From assembly GCA_965248115.1 (NCBI GenBank), contig CBDFII010000005.1, forward strand, positions 341,197-405,196: DNA of 64,000 bases, written 5' to 3'. This DNA is from Dehalococcoidia bacterium. Lineage in GTDB: Bacteria; Chloroflexota; Dehalococcoidia; Lucifugimonadales; CBDFII01. Below the pieces are notes generated by a model. It made no database searches, was not told the origin of the DNA, and saw only the letters and a program-made list of their open reading frames with translations. Position 1 is the stretch's first letter, and every line of letters begins with the position of its first letter. Shown here one piece after another: positions 25,646 through 35,769 of this stretch. The position numbers and the translations under genes were made by a program.

Positions 25646-26434
25646 ATGAATATCAATTGGTCTACTATAGATCATCGTTCGCTTTTAGGGAAATTACTAA
25701 GGCTTCCGCTCCGTGCGCTCCCTAAGCAAATGGTGGTGAAAATTCGCCGGGGTCCGTGCAAAGGGATGAAGTGGATTGTTGGGAGTTCCAATCACGGTTG
25801 TTGGCTTGGGACTTACGAACTTGACAAACAGCTTGCCCTGCAGCGTTTTGTCAAGAGAGGCATGGTCGTGTACGACATTGGTGCCCAAGCGGGTTTCTAC
25901 AGCCTCTGCTTTTCGCACCTGGTTGGTGAGGGAAAAGTCTATGCGTTCGAACCGTTTGCTGAGAACGTCCGGCATCTGCTCTCACATATCCGTATGAACA
26001 CTTGCCGAAATGTCAAAGTCGTTCAGATTGCCTTGGCCGACCGTGCAGGCCTCGCCGATTTTACTGTAGACCGAGGCAAACTACAAAACCGATTAGAGGA
26101 GACTGCTGATGCTACACTTCGGGTTCCCGTTCTGAGCATTGATGAGATGGTAGGAGACCATCTCATCACCCCACCAGACCTCATCAAGATGGATATAGAA
26201 GGTGCCGAGTTTATGGTGCTTCAAGGTGCAGCGCACACTATTGAGCATTATCGGCCGATCCTATTCATAGCACTCCACGGGAGGGAACAAATGTGCTCCT
26301 GCCGCAGCTTCCTTGATGCGAACGGGTACACAATCTACAGCCTAGATGGTACGCCCTCTTGGGAATCACCAGGAAATGACGAAATTTACGCTTTGCCTCA
26401 CCGGGACAAAATGGCATCCAAAAAGACTACGTAA
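25646..26434 (+). CDS. FkbM-family SAM-dependent methyltransferase
   Basis: VYDIGAQAGFYSL and VYAFEPFAENVRHL motifs. Confidence 0.75.
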   Translation: MNINWSTIDHRSLLGKLLRLPLRALPKQMVVKIRRGPCKGMKWIVGSSNHGCWLGTYELDKQLALQRFVKRGMVVYDIGAQAGFYSLCFSHLVGEGKVYAFEPFAENVRHLLSHIRMNTCRNVKVVQIALADRAGLADFTVDRGKLQNRLEETADATLRVPVLSIDEMVGDHLITPPDLIKMDIEGAEFMVLQGAAHTIEHYRPILFIALHGREQMCSCRSFLDANGYTIYSLDGTPSWESPGNDEIYALPHRDKMASKKTT

Positions 26435-26515
26435 TGTGCGCGGCTTAGAAAACAGCTAAGCGAGAGTGTCGATATCTCCACTATCGAACATCCTTCCGAT
26501 CACCTATTTCCGAGG

Positions 26516-27502
26516 TTGAACCCTTCCTGCGTTCTAGTCACCGGCGGTGCGGGATTCTTAGGCTCTCATCTTTGCGAGCGCTTAATAAACGAGGGGTACG
26601 AGGTTCTATGCTTGGACAATCTCCTAACAGGAAGGATAGAGAACCTTCGGCATCTCATGGAGCAGCCTCGCTTCACCTTTTTACAGGCCAACGTGACCAA
26701 CCCCATCGAGATCGAGGGGCCCATAGACTCCATCATCCATTTGGCGAGCCCGGCCAGTCCCAAGGATTACGGAAAGCACCCTATCCATACCCTGAAGGTG
26801 GGGGCTTTGGGAACCTACCACGAACTAGGCCTGGCCAAAGCAAAAGGCGCTTCATTTCTCCTGGCCTCTTCTTCGGAGGTGTATGGTGACCCGGAGGTCA
26901 GCCCCCAGGAAGAAAGCTATTGGGGTCATGTGAACCCGGTGGGGCTCAGAAGCGTGTACGATGAAGCCAAGCGCTATGCCGAGGCCATCACTATGGCCTA
27001 CCACAGAGAGCATGGCATGGACGTGCGGATCGCCCGAATATTCAACACATATGGGCCCCGGATGCGGATAGATGACGGTCGAGCTATGCCCACCTTTATA
27101 GTTCAGGCATTGAAGAACGAGCGACTAACGGTGTACGGCGACGGCTCTCAGACCCGATCTCTGTGCTACGTAGACGACTTGGTAGAAGGCCTCTACCGCC
27201 TCCTAACCTACTCCACGCCGTCATCTAGAGACCCGCAACCGAATACCAATCGCCAGCCTCTTATCTTCAATCTGGGGAGCCCTGAGGAGGTGAGGATTGT
27301 TGATCTTGCTCGGGAGATAATCGAGGAGACGGAAAGCGAAAGTGCGATTGATTTCCACCCTTTGCCTGAGGATGATCCTCAGAAGCGCCGGCCCGATATC
27401 ACCAAAGCCAAAGCCCTCCTGGGATGGGAGCCCCAAATCACTCGCTCTGAGGGGTTAAGGCGGTTGGTGCCCTATTTCAAGAAAGCTTTGAACCACCCAT
27501 GA
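26516..27502 (+). CDS. uxs: UDP-glucuronate decarboxylase (UDP-xylose synthase), SDR family
   Basis: [24 protein letters not shown] catalytic YxxxK, overall UXS-like pattern ([22 protein letters not shown]). Non-ATG start. Confidence 0.8.
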   Translation: MNPSCVLVTGGAGFLGSHLCERLINEGYEVLCLDNLLTGRIENLRHLMEQPRFTFLQANVTNPIEIEGPIDSIIHLASPASPKDYGKHPIHTLKVGALGTYHELGLAKAKGASFLLASSSEVYGDPEVSPQEESYWGHVNPVGLRSVYDEAKRYAEAITMAYHREHGMDVRIARIFNTYGPRMRIDDGRAMPTFIVQALKNERLTVYGDGSQTRSLCYVDDLVEGLYRLLTYSTPSSRDPQPNTNRQPLIFNLGSPEEVRIVDLAREIIEETESESAIDFHPLPEDDPQKRRPDITKAKALLGWEPQITRSEGLRRLVPYFKKALNHP

Positions 27503-27783
27503 TCCTCGTGACCGGCTGTGCCGACTTTATCAGTAGGAGGGAGATCTAGCTTTCCGTCCCAGGGGGTGGACATCTACGCAAGAACACAACTCGGTGAGTT
27601 GTTACATGTAAAGCCAGCATCGCCCAGCAACCTCCCCATCCTGGCGACGTTTTCGCCACCAGGGCCGATATCTCAAAGGCAATGACCCTTCTATACTGGG
27701 CACCTGAGATCACTTTTGAAGAGGCCCTACAAACCGAGGTGGAATGGTTTGAACTCAATCGTACCTATGTCAACGAGAGCTAA
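27499..27783 (+). pseudogene. Decayed SDR epimerase/dehydratase gene with large internal deletion
   Basis: The ATG overlaps the uxs stop (ATGA). It reads [16 protein letters not shown], then two in-frame stops. The same frame then gives ..HPGDVFATRADISKAMTLLYWAPEITFEEALQTEVEWFELN..*, a typical epimerase C-terminus. Confidence 0.7.
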
Positions 27784-27946
27784 TTGATATCAACCAAGGG
27801 TTGCCTTCTCACGAATCAAGATTCCCAGCAGGTACTAATCCCACAGTTTTGTTTGAGTTCAGCCTCACATAGTGTGATTCGTAGGACTCGATTGTGCGGA
27901 AGCCCCAAACAGAGGATTTCTGACTCCGCTATGAAAGAGGGTAACA

Positions 27947-28834
27947 TTGTCCGTTAAAAACAACCCAACAGGGCGACCGAGCAGGGTAGGGGAAGCTACG
28001 CTACCAACAATGGTCATAAAGCCGGCCTCGGGGCTAGCTTGGCCTGACCCTTTGGAGCTGTGGCGTTACCGAGAGCTTATCTATTTCCTCTCGCTACGTG
28101 ACGTGATGGTACGTTACAAGCAGACGGCGGTGGGGATAGGGTGGGCCCTCATACAACCCGTAGGCATGATGTTGGTCTTTACCCTGTTTTTTGGCAGACT
28201 GGCTAAGTTACCATCCGAGGGCGTGCCCTACTCGATTTTTGTGTTCGCAGGCTTGCTCCCCTGGCAGACGTTCTCCCGAGGGATAAACGAGGGAGCCAAC
28301 AGCCTGGTGGCAGACCAGCGACTAATTAGCCGTATTTACTTCCCGAGACTTATCGTACCGCTGTCAATTGTTCTTGCAAGTCTGGCAGACTTTATTGTGG
28401 CTTTTTTGGTCTACCTAGGCCTTATGGTGTATTTCGGAGTCTTTCCCACTTTAGTAGTTTGGACCCTTCCTTTGTTTGTGATGCTCATGGTAATCACGAG
28501 CGTGGCTGTCAGTCTGTGGTTTTCTGCTCTGAACATAGAATACAGAGATGTACGATACCTTATGGTTTTTCTGGCTCAGTTGTGGCTGTTTGTGACACCA
28601 GTGATATATCCCAGTAGTTTTATCCCCCAAAAGTGGCATTTAATATATGGATTGAATCCTATGGCTGGTGTGGTGGAGGGCTTTCGCTGGGCCCTTCTCG
28701 GAGTAGGGCCGGGCCCGGGCCCACTAATCTGGGTCTCGGTGGTAGTGGCTATGCTAATGTTCGTGACAGGCTGGATATTCTTCAAATCAAGGGAAAGAAT
28801 ATTCGCCGACATTGTAGGCTCCGGTGGAAGATAG
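27947..28834 (+). CDS. wzm: ABC-2 type polysaccharide exporter permease
   Basis: ELWRYRELIYFLSLRDVMVRYKQTAVGIGWALIQP signature, 6 TM helices. TTG start with SD AAAGAGGG. Confidence 0.85.
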   Translation: MSVKNNPTGRPSRVGEATLPTMVIKPASGLAWPDPLELWRYRELIYFLSLRDVMVRYKQTAVGIGWALIQPVGMMLVFTLFFGRLAKLPSEGVPYSIFVFAGLLPWQTFSRGINEGANSLVADQRLISRIYFPRLIVPLSIVLASLADFIVAFLVYLGLMVYFGVFPTLVVWTLPLFVMLMVITSVAVSLWFSALNIEYRDVRYLMVFLAQLWLFVTPVIYPSSFIPQKWHLIYGLNPMAGVVEGFRWALLGVGPGPGPLIWVSVVVAMLMFVTGWIFFKSRERIFADIVGSGGR

Positions 28835-29088
28835 GGAGAATAAGAATAAACTTCGACTGACATCGTTTAGGGCCATATGATGGGCGATTTTGACCGTGCG
28901 GTTTGAAGCTCATGATCATGGCAGTTAGCTGGCGGAAATTGTTGCTACAGTTGCGATATGAAAATCAAGAATAGTAGACAAAGAGACCCTAACTTTTCAT
29001 CCGGCCGAGTATATTTTTCGGCCTTCATTTTGGAGGATCACTCGGTCATAGGGAGTTCTATGACAGTTGGCTCCCAGGAGGGACTTCA

Positions 29089-30420
29089 ATGACTGAGGTA
29101 GCCATACGTGCCGAGGGTTTGGGCAAGCGGTATAAAATAGGCGAGATGCAACGATACAAAGCTCTGCGTGATACTCTAACAAAGCTTGTGTCTGGGCATC
29201 TGCCACGGCTGTTCTTCTTTCACCGCAATACGTCAAGGGACGGGTACAAAAATGAGCGCCACATCTGGGCGCTTAAAGACGTTTCTTTTGAAGTCCGTAG
29301 AGCAGAAGTAATAGGTATCATTGGCCGCAACGGAGCGGGGAAAACCACCCTCTTAAAAATCCTCTCAAACATTGTCCACCCTACGGAGGGCCGTGCCGTA
29401 GTACACGGACAAGTGGGTTCGCTCCTCGAAGTGGGCACTGGTTTCCATCCGGAGCTGACGGGGCGGGAGAACGTTTACCTCAATGGCGCTATGCTGGGAA
29501 TGCCAAAGGCTGAAATAAAGCGCAAGTTCGACGAAATAGTCGACTTTGCCGACGTGGAGAAATTCATCGACACTCCGGTGAAACGGTACTCCAGTGGGAT
29601 GTATATCCGTCTGGCCTTTGCCGTTGCTGCACATCTTGAACCCGACATCATGCTGGTTGACGAGGTATTAGCGGTAGGAGATGCTCGTTTCCAGCGGAAA
29701 TGCCTGAACAAAATGCAAGACGTAAGCTCGGAGGGTCGGACCGTTCTGTTTGTTTCTCATAATATCCCAGCGGTTACCCGCTTGTGTCCCCGAGTTATTC
29801 TCTTAGACGAAGGAAGGGTAGTACAAGATGGCCCTTCTCATCAGGTAGTCGGCGCTTACCTACGCTCTGGTTTGGGTACTACCGCGGCCCGGGAGTGGCC
29901 GGACCCAAACAGAGCACCTGGCAACGATGTTGTGCGGCTATGCGCTGTGCGGGTACGGGCCGAAGACGGCTCAGTGATGGAGGCGGTGGACATACGAAAG
30001 CCGGTGGGCATTGAAATGGAATATGATGTCCTTCAGCCAGATCATGTGTTGGTGCCATTCCTGCGATTAGCCAACGAAGAGGGCATATACGCGTTTACTT
30101 CAATCAATTTGGACCCCGATTGGATGAACAAAAAGCGGCCAGTTGGCCATTACCGTAGTACCGCTTGGATACCTGGGAATCTGCTCACAGAGGGAACACT
30201 CTCAGTGAATACCGCTGTCATCACCGCGAACCCTCACATTATTCATTTCTCTGAGCACGATGCGGTCGCCTTCCAGGTGATCGATACTATAGACGGAGAC
30301 TCCGCGCGTGGCGACTTCGCCGGAGTTCTGGCGGGGGTGGTAAGGCCGCTTTTGCGTTGGGAAACCTGTTTTGATCCCAACGCCGAGTCGCCTCAGAGTC
30401 GCGTCCGGGCCAATGACTGA
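29089..30420 (+). CDS. wzt: Polysaccharide ABC exporter ATP-binding protein with C-terminal glycan-binding (Wzt_C-like) domain
   Basis: Walker A GRNGAGKTT, signature YSSGMYIRLAFA, Walker B IMLVDEVLAVGD, plus an extra C-terminal beta-rich region of about 180 aa. Confidence 0.85.
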   Translation: MTEVAIRAEGLGKRYKIGEMQRYKALRDTLTKLVSGHLPRLFFFHRNTSRDGYKNERHIWALKDVSFEVRRAEVIGIIGRNGAGKTTLLKILSNIVHPTEGRAVVHGQVGSLLEVGTGFHPELTGRENVYLNGAMLGMPKAEIKRKFDEIVDFADVEKFIDTPVKRYSSGMYIRLAFAVAAHLEPDIMLVDEVLAVGDARFQRKCLNKMQDVSSEGRTVLFVSHNIPAVTRLCPRVILLDEGRVVQDGPSHQVVGAYLRSGLGTTAAREWPDPNRAPGNDVVRLCAVRVRAEDGSVMEAVDIRKPVGIEMEYDVLQPDHVLVPFLRLANEEGIYAFTSINLDPDWMNKKRPVGHYRSTAWIPGNLLTEGTLSVNTAVITANPHIIHFSEHDAVAFQVIDTIDGDSARGDFAGVLAGVVRPLLRWETCFDPNAESPQSRVRAND

Positions 30421-30479
30421 GGTTGGGAGTCGGTGCCTGTCCTAGCATATCGTGTACCACACTGAACCTTATGGGCTAG

Positions 30480-30705
30480 GAGAATTTTCCCATTTGCCGG
30501 GGTTACAAACGTCGTTGGATCAACAGCTGATGAAGGATTTGTCAGAACCAGAGGCTCCCTGTTCCGAACAAACTCGGATACCGAGGTGCTTCTCCACTTA
30601 TGTGTCGAATGGGGAGAGGACTGTCTAGATAAGTTTAATGGTATGTTGGCGTTCGTTATTTACTATGCTTCAAAACGTGAGCTTTGGGGGGCAAGAGATA
30701 TCTAA
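30480..30705 (+). pseudogene. Relic of an asparagine-synthase-type glutamine amidotransferase domain
   Basis: Reads ..RGSLFRTNSDTEVLLHLCVEWGEDCLDKFNGMLAFVIYYASKRELWGARDI*. This matches the SDTEV...NGMFAF...ARD block of AsnB. There is no N-terminal Cys and no synthetase domain. Confidence 0.65.
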
Positions 30706-30917
30706 GGGGAACATGCATCTCTACCTGTGCCAGGTAATCAAACAGAGAGGTCGAGAGACCTGATCTGCGTACAGAAGCATGACCGCGGTTGCTGCCAACC
30801 TGCATCGTTTTGTTACCAGGACATTTGGATTCCTGTTGGCGTGGATCTCCGGCGAGTTGGCCCAGTGCAGACCACAGCTTTCTGTTACCTCCAACCGTTG
30901 GCAATGAGGGGGTATAA

Positions 30918-32282
30918 TTGATGGTCAAGGTGTCAGTCGTTGGCCTGGGAAAGCTGGGAGCCTGTATGGCTGCATCTATCGCCCATAAGGGGTTTGAAGT
31001 AGTCGGAGTGGACGTGAGCCCGCGGGCGGTGGAGGCTGTCAATGCGGGCGAGGCACCCGTTCAAGAGCCAGGCCTGGCTGAGTTGATGGCCAGAAACCAG
31101 CAACATCTGCGGGCCACACAGGACTACACAGAGGCTATACGGGAGTCGGACATCAGCTTCATCGTAGTACCTACACCATCGGAAGATCATGGTGGCTTCT
31201 CCCTTAGGCACGTCAGAGATAGTGCTGCATCTATTGGCCGGGCTCTGAGGAGTAAAAAAGGCTACCATCTGGTTGTGCTGACTAGCACAGTGCTTCCAGG
31301 CTCCACAGACTATTGTGTCAAAACCCTTCTAGAAGAGGAATCGGGTAAGAGCTGTGGGAGGGATTTTGGCCTTTGCTACAACCCGGAGTTCATCGCCCTG
31401 GGCGCAGTAATAGAAGGGTTCCTTAACCCAGATTTCGTACTCATAGGTGAGTCAGATGAGCGAGCTGGAGATGTATTGACTGAACTTCATAAGACAGTTT
31501 GCGACAACGATCCGCCGGTGGCAAGGATGAACTTCGTCAACGCCGAACTGACCAAGATCGCAGTCAATACCTTCGTTACTACCAAGATCACTTTCGCCAA
31601 CATGCTAGCTGAAATGTGCGAGCAGATGCCAGAAAGCAACGTGGATGTAGTTACCTCCGCCTTGGGCTTGGACTCACGCATAGGCAGACGCTATCTAAAG
31701 GGCGGCCTTGGGTATGGAGGTCCGTGTTTCCCTCGGGACAATAGGGCAATGGTCTTTCTTGGAAGCAGATTAGGGGTCCGCGCTACATTAGCCGAGAGCA
31801 CTGACCAAATGAACCGTGGGATGGCTGATAGGCTGCTGGCAAGAGTACAGCTATACGCGAAGCCGGAAACAACGATCACCGTACTTGGGCTATCATACAA
31901 ACCAGATTCTAACGTGGTGGAGGAGTCTCCAGGCATTTACTTAGCTAAAGGATTGGCCAATATGGGAATTAGGGTAGTTGTGCATGATCCCCTGGCAACG
32001 GAGAACTCTCAAAGTGTGCTGGGAGAAAGCGTGACTTACGCCTATACCTTGCAAGAAGCTGTGGCCAATGCTGATGTAGTTGTAGTAGCGAACCCGGATC
32101 CTACCTTTTTATCCCTTCGCTACGCCCATTTTGGCCAGCGCGATGACCCAGTAGTGCTGATTGACTGCTGGCGCATTCTCTCAGGCGTATTCTCCAATGA
32201 GGGCAGGCTGAGGTACGTGCCCCTGGGGATAGGAGACGATCGTAATGACCTTAACGCCCGATTGGCGGATATATGGTTGTAG
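30918..32282 (+). CDS. UDP-glucose/GDP-mannose dehydrogenase family nucleotide-sugar dehydrogenase
   Basis: VSVVGLGKLGACMAASIA NAD fold, catalytic GLGYGGPCFPRD. SD GAGGGGG upstream of ATG 30921. Confidence 0.8.
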   Translation: MMVKVSVVGLGKLGACMAASIAHKGFEVVGVDVSPRAVEAVNAGEAPVQEPGLAELMARNQQHLRATQDYTEAIRESDISFIVVPTPSEDHGGFSLRHVRDSAASIGRALRSKKGYHLVVLTSTVLPGSTDYCVKTLLEEESGKSCGRDFGLCYNPEFIALGAVIEGFLNPDFVLIGESDERAGDVLTELHKTVCDNDPPVARMNFVNAELTKIAVNTFVTTKITFANMLAEMCEQMPESNVDVVTSALGLDSRIGRRYLKGGLGYGGPCFPRDNRAMVFLGSRLGVRATLAESTDQMNRGMADRLLARVQLYAKPETTITVLGLSYKPDSNVVEESPGIYLAKGLANMGIRVVVHDPLATENSQSVLGESVTYAYTLQEAVANADVVVVANPDPTFLSLRYAHFGQRDDPVVLIDCWRILSGVFSNEGRLRYVPLGIGDDRNDLNARLADIWL

Positions 32283-32315
32283 AAGGCCGTTGAGTTACTA
32301 AGAGGTCCGACCGTC

Positions 32316-33149
32316 ATGAGCATATTGAGCCCAGCTCGTGTAGCGACAAGACGAATTAAAAGGGCTGTTTCAGGGCGTTTAGGTGCCCTGATGTTTCAAG
32401 CTATTAGCCCGACCTTTCGAAAGACGTCGTGGCACTACACGCTTAGGAGGAAGGCATATTTAGATCCGGCTACCTGCCTCCAAGATTTGGTAGTCAGTGA
32501 CAACATTACTGCAGAAACCATCCAGCACTATTTTCAAGAGTTGGCTCAGTCTAAGTTGCTGAGGGAAACGGTCGATAAATACAGTAAAGTCACGGGAAAG
32601 GGGTTCGAGGCTCAGCTTTCTGGAGTGGCAGTTGCAGGCAACCTATTCTGCTACGTGATGACTCGCATTGTCAAGCCAAACGTCATAGTTGAAACCGGCT
32701 GTGCAGCTGGTGGGACAACCTCGCTGTTTCTGCTTGCGCTGCACCACAATGAGAAAGGCCACCTCTATAGTATCGATTTACCCCCGGTTGCCGGTGAATT
32801 GAGCATGAACTGGTCGATGCCGGAGGACATGCAACCAGGTTACCTCGTTCCAGACGAGCTCCGTGGCCGATGGACATTGATTCGCGGAAATGCTCGAACC
32901 GAACTCATACCCCTGCTCGAACGAGTTAAACCTGTAGACCTATTTTGTCATGACTCGGACCATACCTACGAACATATGATGTGGGAGTACGCCTCCGCCT
33001 GGCCATATCTGTCCGAGCGCGGTGTGCTGTTATCCGATGACATTGGCTGGAACACCGCCTTCTGGGACTTCTCCGCGGCTATGAGGAAGAGGTTTGTGGT
33101 GCACAAGAGTAACCCTAATTTTGGCGCCCTTTCTCGAGACTCCACCTGA
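32316..33149 (+). CDS. Class I SAM-dependent methyltransferase (CmcI/TylF-like)
   Basis: VETGCAAGGTTSLF SAM motif and HDSDHTYEHMMWEY. Confidence 0.6.
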   Translation: MSILSPARVATRRIKRAVSGRLGALMFQAISPTFRKTSWHYTLRRKAYLDPATCLQDLVVSDNITAETIQHYFQELAQSKLLRETVDKYSKVTGKGFEAQLSGVAVAGNLFCYVMTRIVKPNVIVETGCAAGGTTSLFLLALHHNEKGHLYSIDLPPVAGELSMNWSMPEDMQPGYLVPDELRGRWTLIRGNARTELIPLLERVKPVDLFCHDSDHTYEHMMWEYASAWPYLSERGVLLSDDIGWNTAFWDFSAAMRKRFVVHKSNPNFGALSRDST

Positions 33150-33195
33150 TTTCACGAATTCCAAGTTAGGCTATTCAAGCGAAACAGGTCATTTG

Positions 33196-34482
33196 ATGCG
33201 TGTTGCATTTGTTTACAATGAGATCCCCAACCGAGAGCACAGCACGGACTCATACTGTTCTTTCCTCCTGGTTAAAACCATGGTAGAGGCCGGCCTCGAC
33301 GTGGATGCCGTACTTCTTCTTTCCGAGCGTAGTTTGGGTGATCCCGCCACCCGGCAGCGGTGGCTAAGGGAGTTCGAAGGCCTGGGAGCTCAAGTGAACA
33401 TCATGCCAGGAGATGTGCCACGGCGAACTTACCGTATTCCGGGAGGTCGGTTCGTAAACGCGGCCCGCAGGTTACTGTCCCCAGACATATCCGATTATTT
33501 TGCGCACACGGCTTTGTCGGAGGACCTCGCTCCGGTCCTCCAGAATCTGTCTCCTGACGTCATCTTTATCTGGGGCAATTGGCCAGCATTAGCCGCTACT
33601 TGGGGAATGGACATAGCGCCTATATTCGCGTTCATGGGAGATCCACCACACGTGGTCGGTTTCTATCGCACCCGACCCCCCTTTGTTTCAAAAAGGGACA
33701 TGTTGTCACTAAGGACATGGTATGTGAAACTTTCCCTAGTACACGTTCGCAGATTCACCCTTCTCCTGCTTTCACAGTGCAATGCCGTTGCCGCTACATC
33801 AGCTCATCACGCAGAGTGGTACCGCCAGAATGGCTTACCGGACTGTAAGTACCTGCCGAACATCGTTCCTGATTGGGGCGGCCCAGATTGGCAAGAACGC
33901 CGGAGCAAGCAGGGGTCCAACGTCAAGTTAAAGATCATGTTACTTGGAAATCTGGCAGGTACAGTTAATTATTCAGGCTGCCACTTATTTGTAAACGAGA
34001 CCCTTCCTGGCTTGGAACGAGAACTGGGTGACTCATTTGAGGTACACATTTATGGTAACGATGCGGTCGCAGACACTATACCGGAAAGTCTCCTGCGTAA
34101 ACTTGGCAGGCCTTCTGTTCACCTGCGTGGTTTTGTTCCGGACATCGTTTCCGAGCTATTTAGCTCTGACGTTTTAGTTGTTCCTACTCCCATCCCCTTA
34201 GGAATTCGCGTCCGTATCCCATATGCCTGGTCCACTGGGTGCTGCGTGATAGCCCATAACGCCAACGCCTCAGGCTTGCCTGAGCTGGTGCATGATCAAA
34301 ACGCACTCCTCGCTCCAACAGGAGAGGCGTTGGCGTTCGAAATTATTAAGATCGCTCATGACAAAGAGCTCCGCCAGCGTCTCGGAGTGGGTGGGAGGCA
34401 GACCTACGACTCGAGTTTTGCCTACAACGTGACCAGCCGTAAATTTCTTAGCGAACTCGAGTCTGTGGCAAGAAAAGGTTAA
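33196..34482 (+). CDS. GT-B fold glycosyltransferase (family-1/4-like)
   Basis: The internal ATG (MRVAFVYNE..) is preferred over the ORF-track start, which overlaps the upstream gene. C-terminal VVPTP..G..VRIP.AWSTGCCVIAH..ASGLPELV donor-binding-like region. Confidence 0.55.
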   Translation: MRVAFVYNEIPNREHSTDSYCSFLLVKTMVEAGLDVDAVLLLSERSLGDPATRQRWLREFEGLGAQVNIMPGDVPRRTYRIPGGRFVNAARRLLSPDISDYFAHTALSEDLAPVLQNLSPDVIFIWGNWPALAATWGMDIAPIFAFMGDPPHVVGFYRTRPPFVSKRDMLSLRTWYVKLSLVHVRRFTLLLLSQCNAVAATSAHHAEWYRQNGLPDCKYLPNIVPDWGGPDWQERRSKQGSNVKLKIMLLGNLAGTVNYSGCHLFVNETLPGLERELGDSFEVHIYGNDAVADTIPESLLRKLGRPSVHLRGFVPDIVSELFSSDVLVVPTPIPLGIRVRIPYAWSTGCCVIAHNANASGLPELVHDQNALLAPTGEALAFEIIKIAHDKELRQRLGVGGRQTYDSSFAYNVTSRKFLSELESVARKG

Positions 34483-34512
34483 CGCTGGGAATATGACCAG
34501 AGGCATGAGCGG

Positions 34513-35496
34513 ATGAACTCCTCTTTTAAGCGCATCATTGTCACTGGGGGATGCGGCTTTGTCGGTACCGCGCTAGTCCCTCTGCTATCTGAAAAGGGCT
34601 ACCATGTGGTAGTGGCCGATGACATGAGCAATCCCCAGAGCCAGGTGAGGGAGGGGTACGAGTTCTTACATATAGACGTGGGGGACCTAAATGCGGTGCG
34701 TAAAGCCTTCCAAGACGCAGATGCTTGCATCGCTCTGGCATCCCGGCGCGGCGCGATCGGATATGTCCATCGCAATCCTACGGATATCATGACGGGCAAT
34801 CATCGTATCTATAATGGTACATTTTCCGCCGCTGCGGAGGCTGGAATTCAGCGTTTAGTTTTCATCTCTTCCTCTATGGTTTTTGAAAATAGTTTCAGCT
34901 TCCCCACACGGGAGTCTGATCTACCCACCCTTCCCGCTCCCAAATCCATTTTTGGCTTCTCGAAACTGTCGGGAGAATGGTATTGCCAGGCCTTCTGGCG
35001 GGAGTTCGGTCTGCCATACACAATCATACGGCCGTCCAACGTCTATGGCATCAACGAGGTAGCTGGGGACGAGGTTGGGGATACGCATGTAATCCCAGAG
35101 CTATTCAAGAAAATGGCGTCTGGACAACATCCGGTGGAACTTCTGGGTGATGGGCAGCAGACTCGCTCCTTCATCCACTCTACAGATCTTGCGCGGGGAG
35201 TCATCGCGGCGTTGGAGAGCGATGACGCAGTCAATGAAGAGTTCAACATGGGTGGAATGGAGGAAATCCGAATACTGGACTTGGCCAAATTGATCTGGGA
35301 CCTTTGCGGGATGAATGGGAAATTTCAAGCAACTTATAAGCCTGGCTTCCATAACGATGTTACCCGCCAATTCCTGGATATATCCAAGGCTAGGAAGCTG
35401 CTTGGCTGGCATCCTCAGGTGAGTTTAGAAGTCGGATTGAAGGAAGTGGTGGAGTGGCTGCGGGAACAATCAAGCGAGAGGGTTGACTTTACCTAG
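34513..35496 (+). CDS. NAD-dependent epimerase/dehydratase (SDR)
   Basis: IIVTGGCGFVGTALVPLL Rossmann motif, FGFSK (YxxxK region), C-terminal ISKARKLLGW.P. Confidence 0.8.
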   Translation: MNSSFKRIIVTGGCGFVGTALVPLLSEKGYHVVVADDMSNPQSQVREGYEFLHIDVGDLNAVRKAFQDADACIALASRRGAIGYVHRNPTDIMTGNHRIYNGTFSAAAEAGIQRLVFISSSMVFENSFSFPTRESDLPTLPAPKSIFGFSKLSGEWYCQAFWREFGLPYTIIRPSNVYGINEVAGDEVGDTHVIPELFKKMASGQHPVELLGDGQQTRSFIHSTDLARGVIAALESDDAVNEEFNMGGMEEIRILDLAKLIWDLCGMNGKFQATYKPGFHNDVTRQFLDISKARKLLGWHPQVSLEVGLKEVVEWLREQSSERVDFT

Positions 35497-35769
35497 GAAA
35501 AGACTGTAGGTGGTGGTAAGGGTTCGACAAGCCCGTTACGGTTTTGGCATACGCTCTGCTCTAACTCTAGGTAACCGAAGCCTCCTCACTTGTTAGACAA
35601 TGACCAGAATCTTTCCAGATAGGTGCTAGCAAGGCAGCATTATGGTGACACCCTGGAGATAAGAGCGATGCGCAGACATCCGCTTTGCCCGAACAATTCT
35701 AGGAACGAAGCTAACGATAGTCTCTGAAGTTGGAAATAGAGCACATGACGTCAGCTACAAAGGCACACC

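Noticed and set aside
28706-28722. GC-rich palindromic run GGGCCGGGCCCGGGCCC.
   Set aside because: It lies inside wzm, where it encodes a GPGPGP loop. It is a compositional consequence of the peptide, not an independent element.
30913-30918. Perfect TATAAT immediately before the dehydrogenase start.
   Set aside because: It is only 2-3 nt from the start codon and has no -35 at 16-18 nt (the nearest, TTGGCA, is 9 nt away). It is better explained as the spacer between SD GAGGGGG and ATG 30921.
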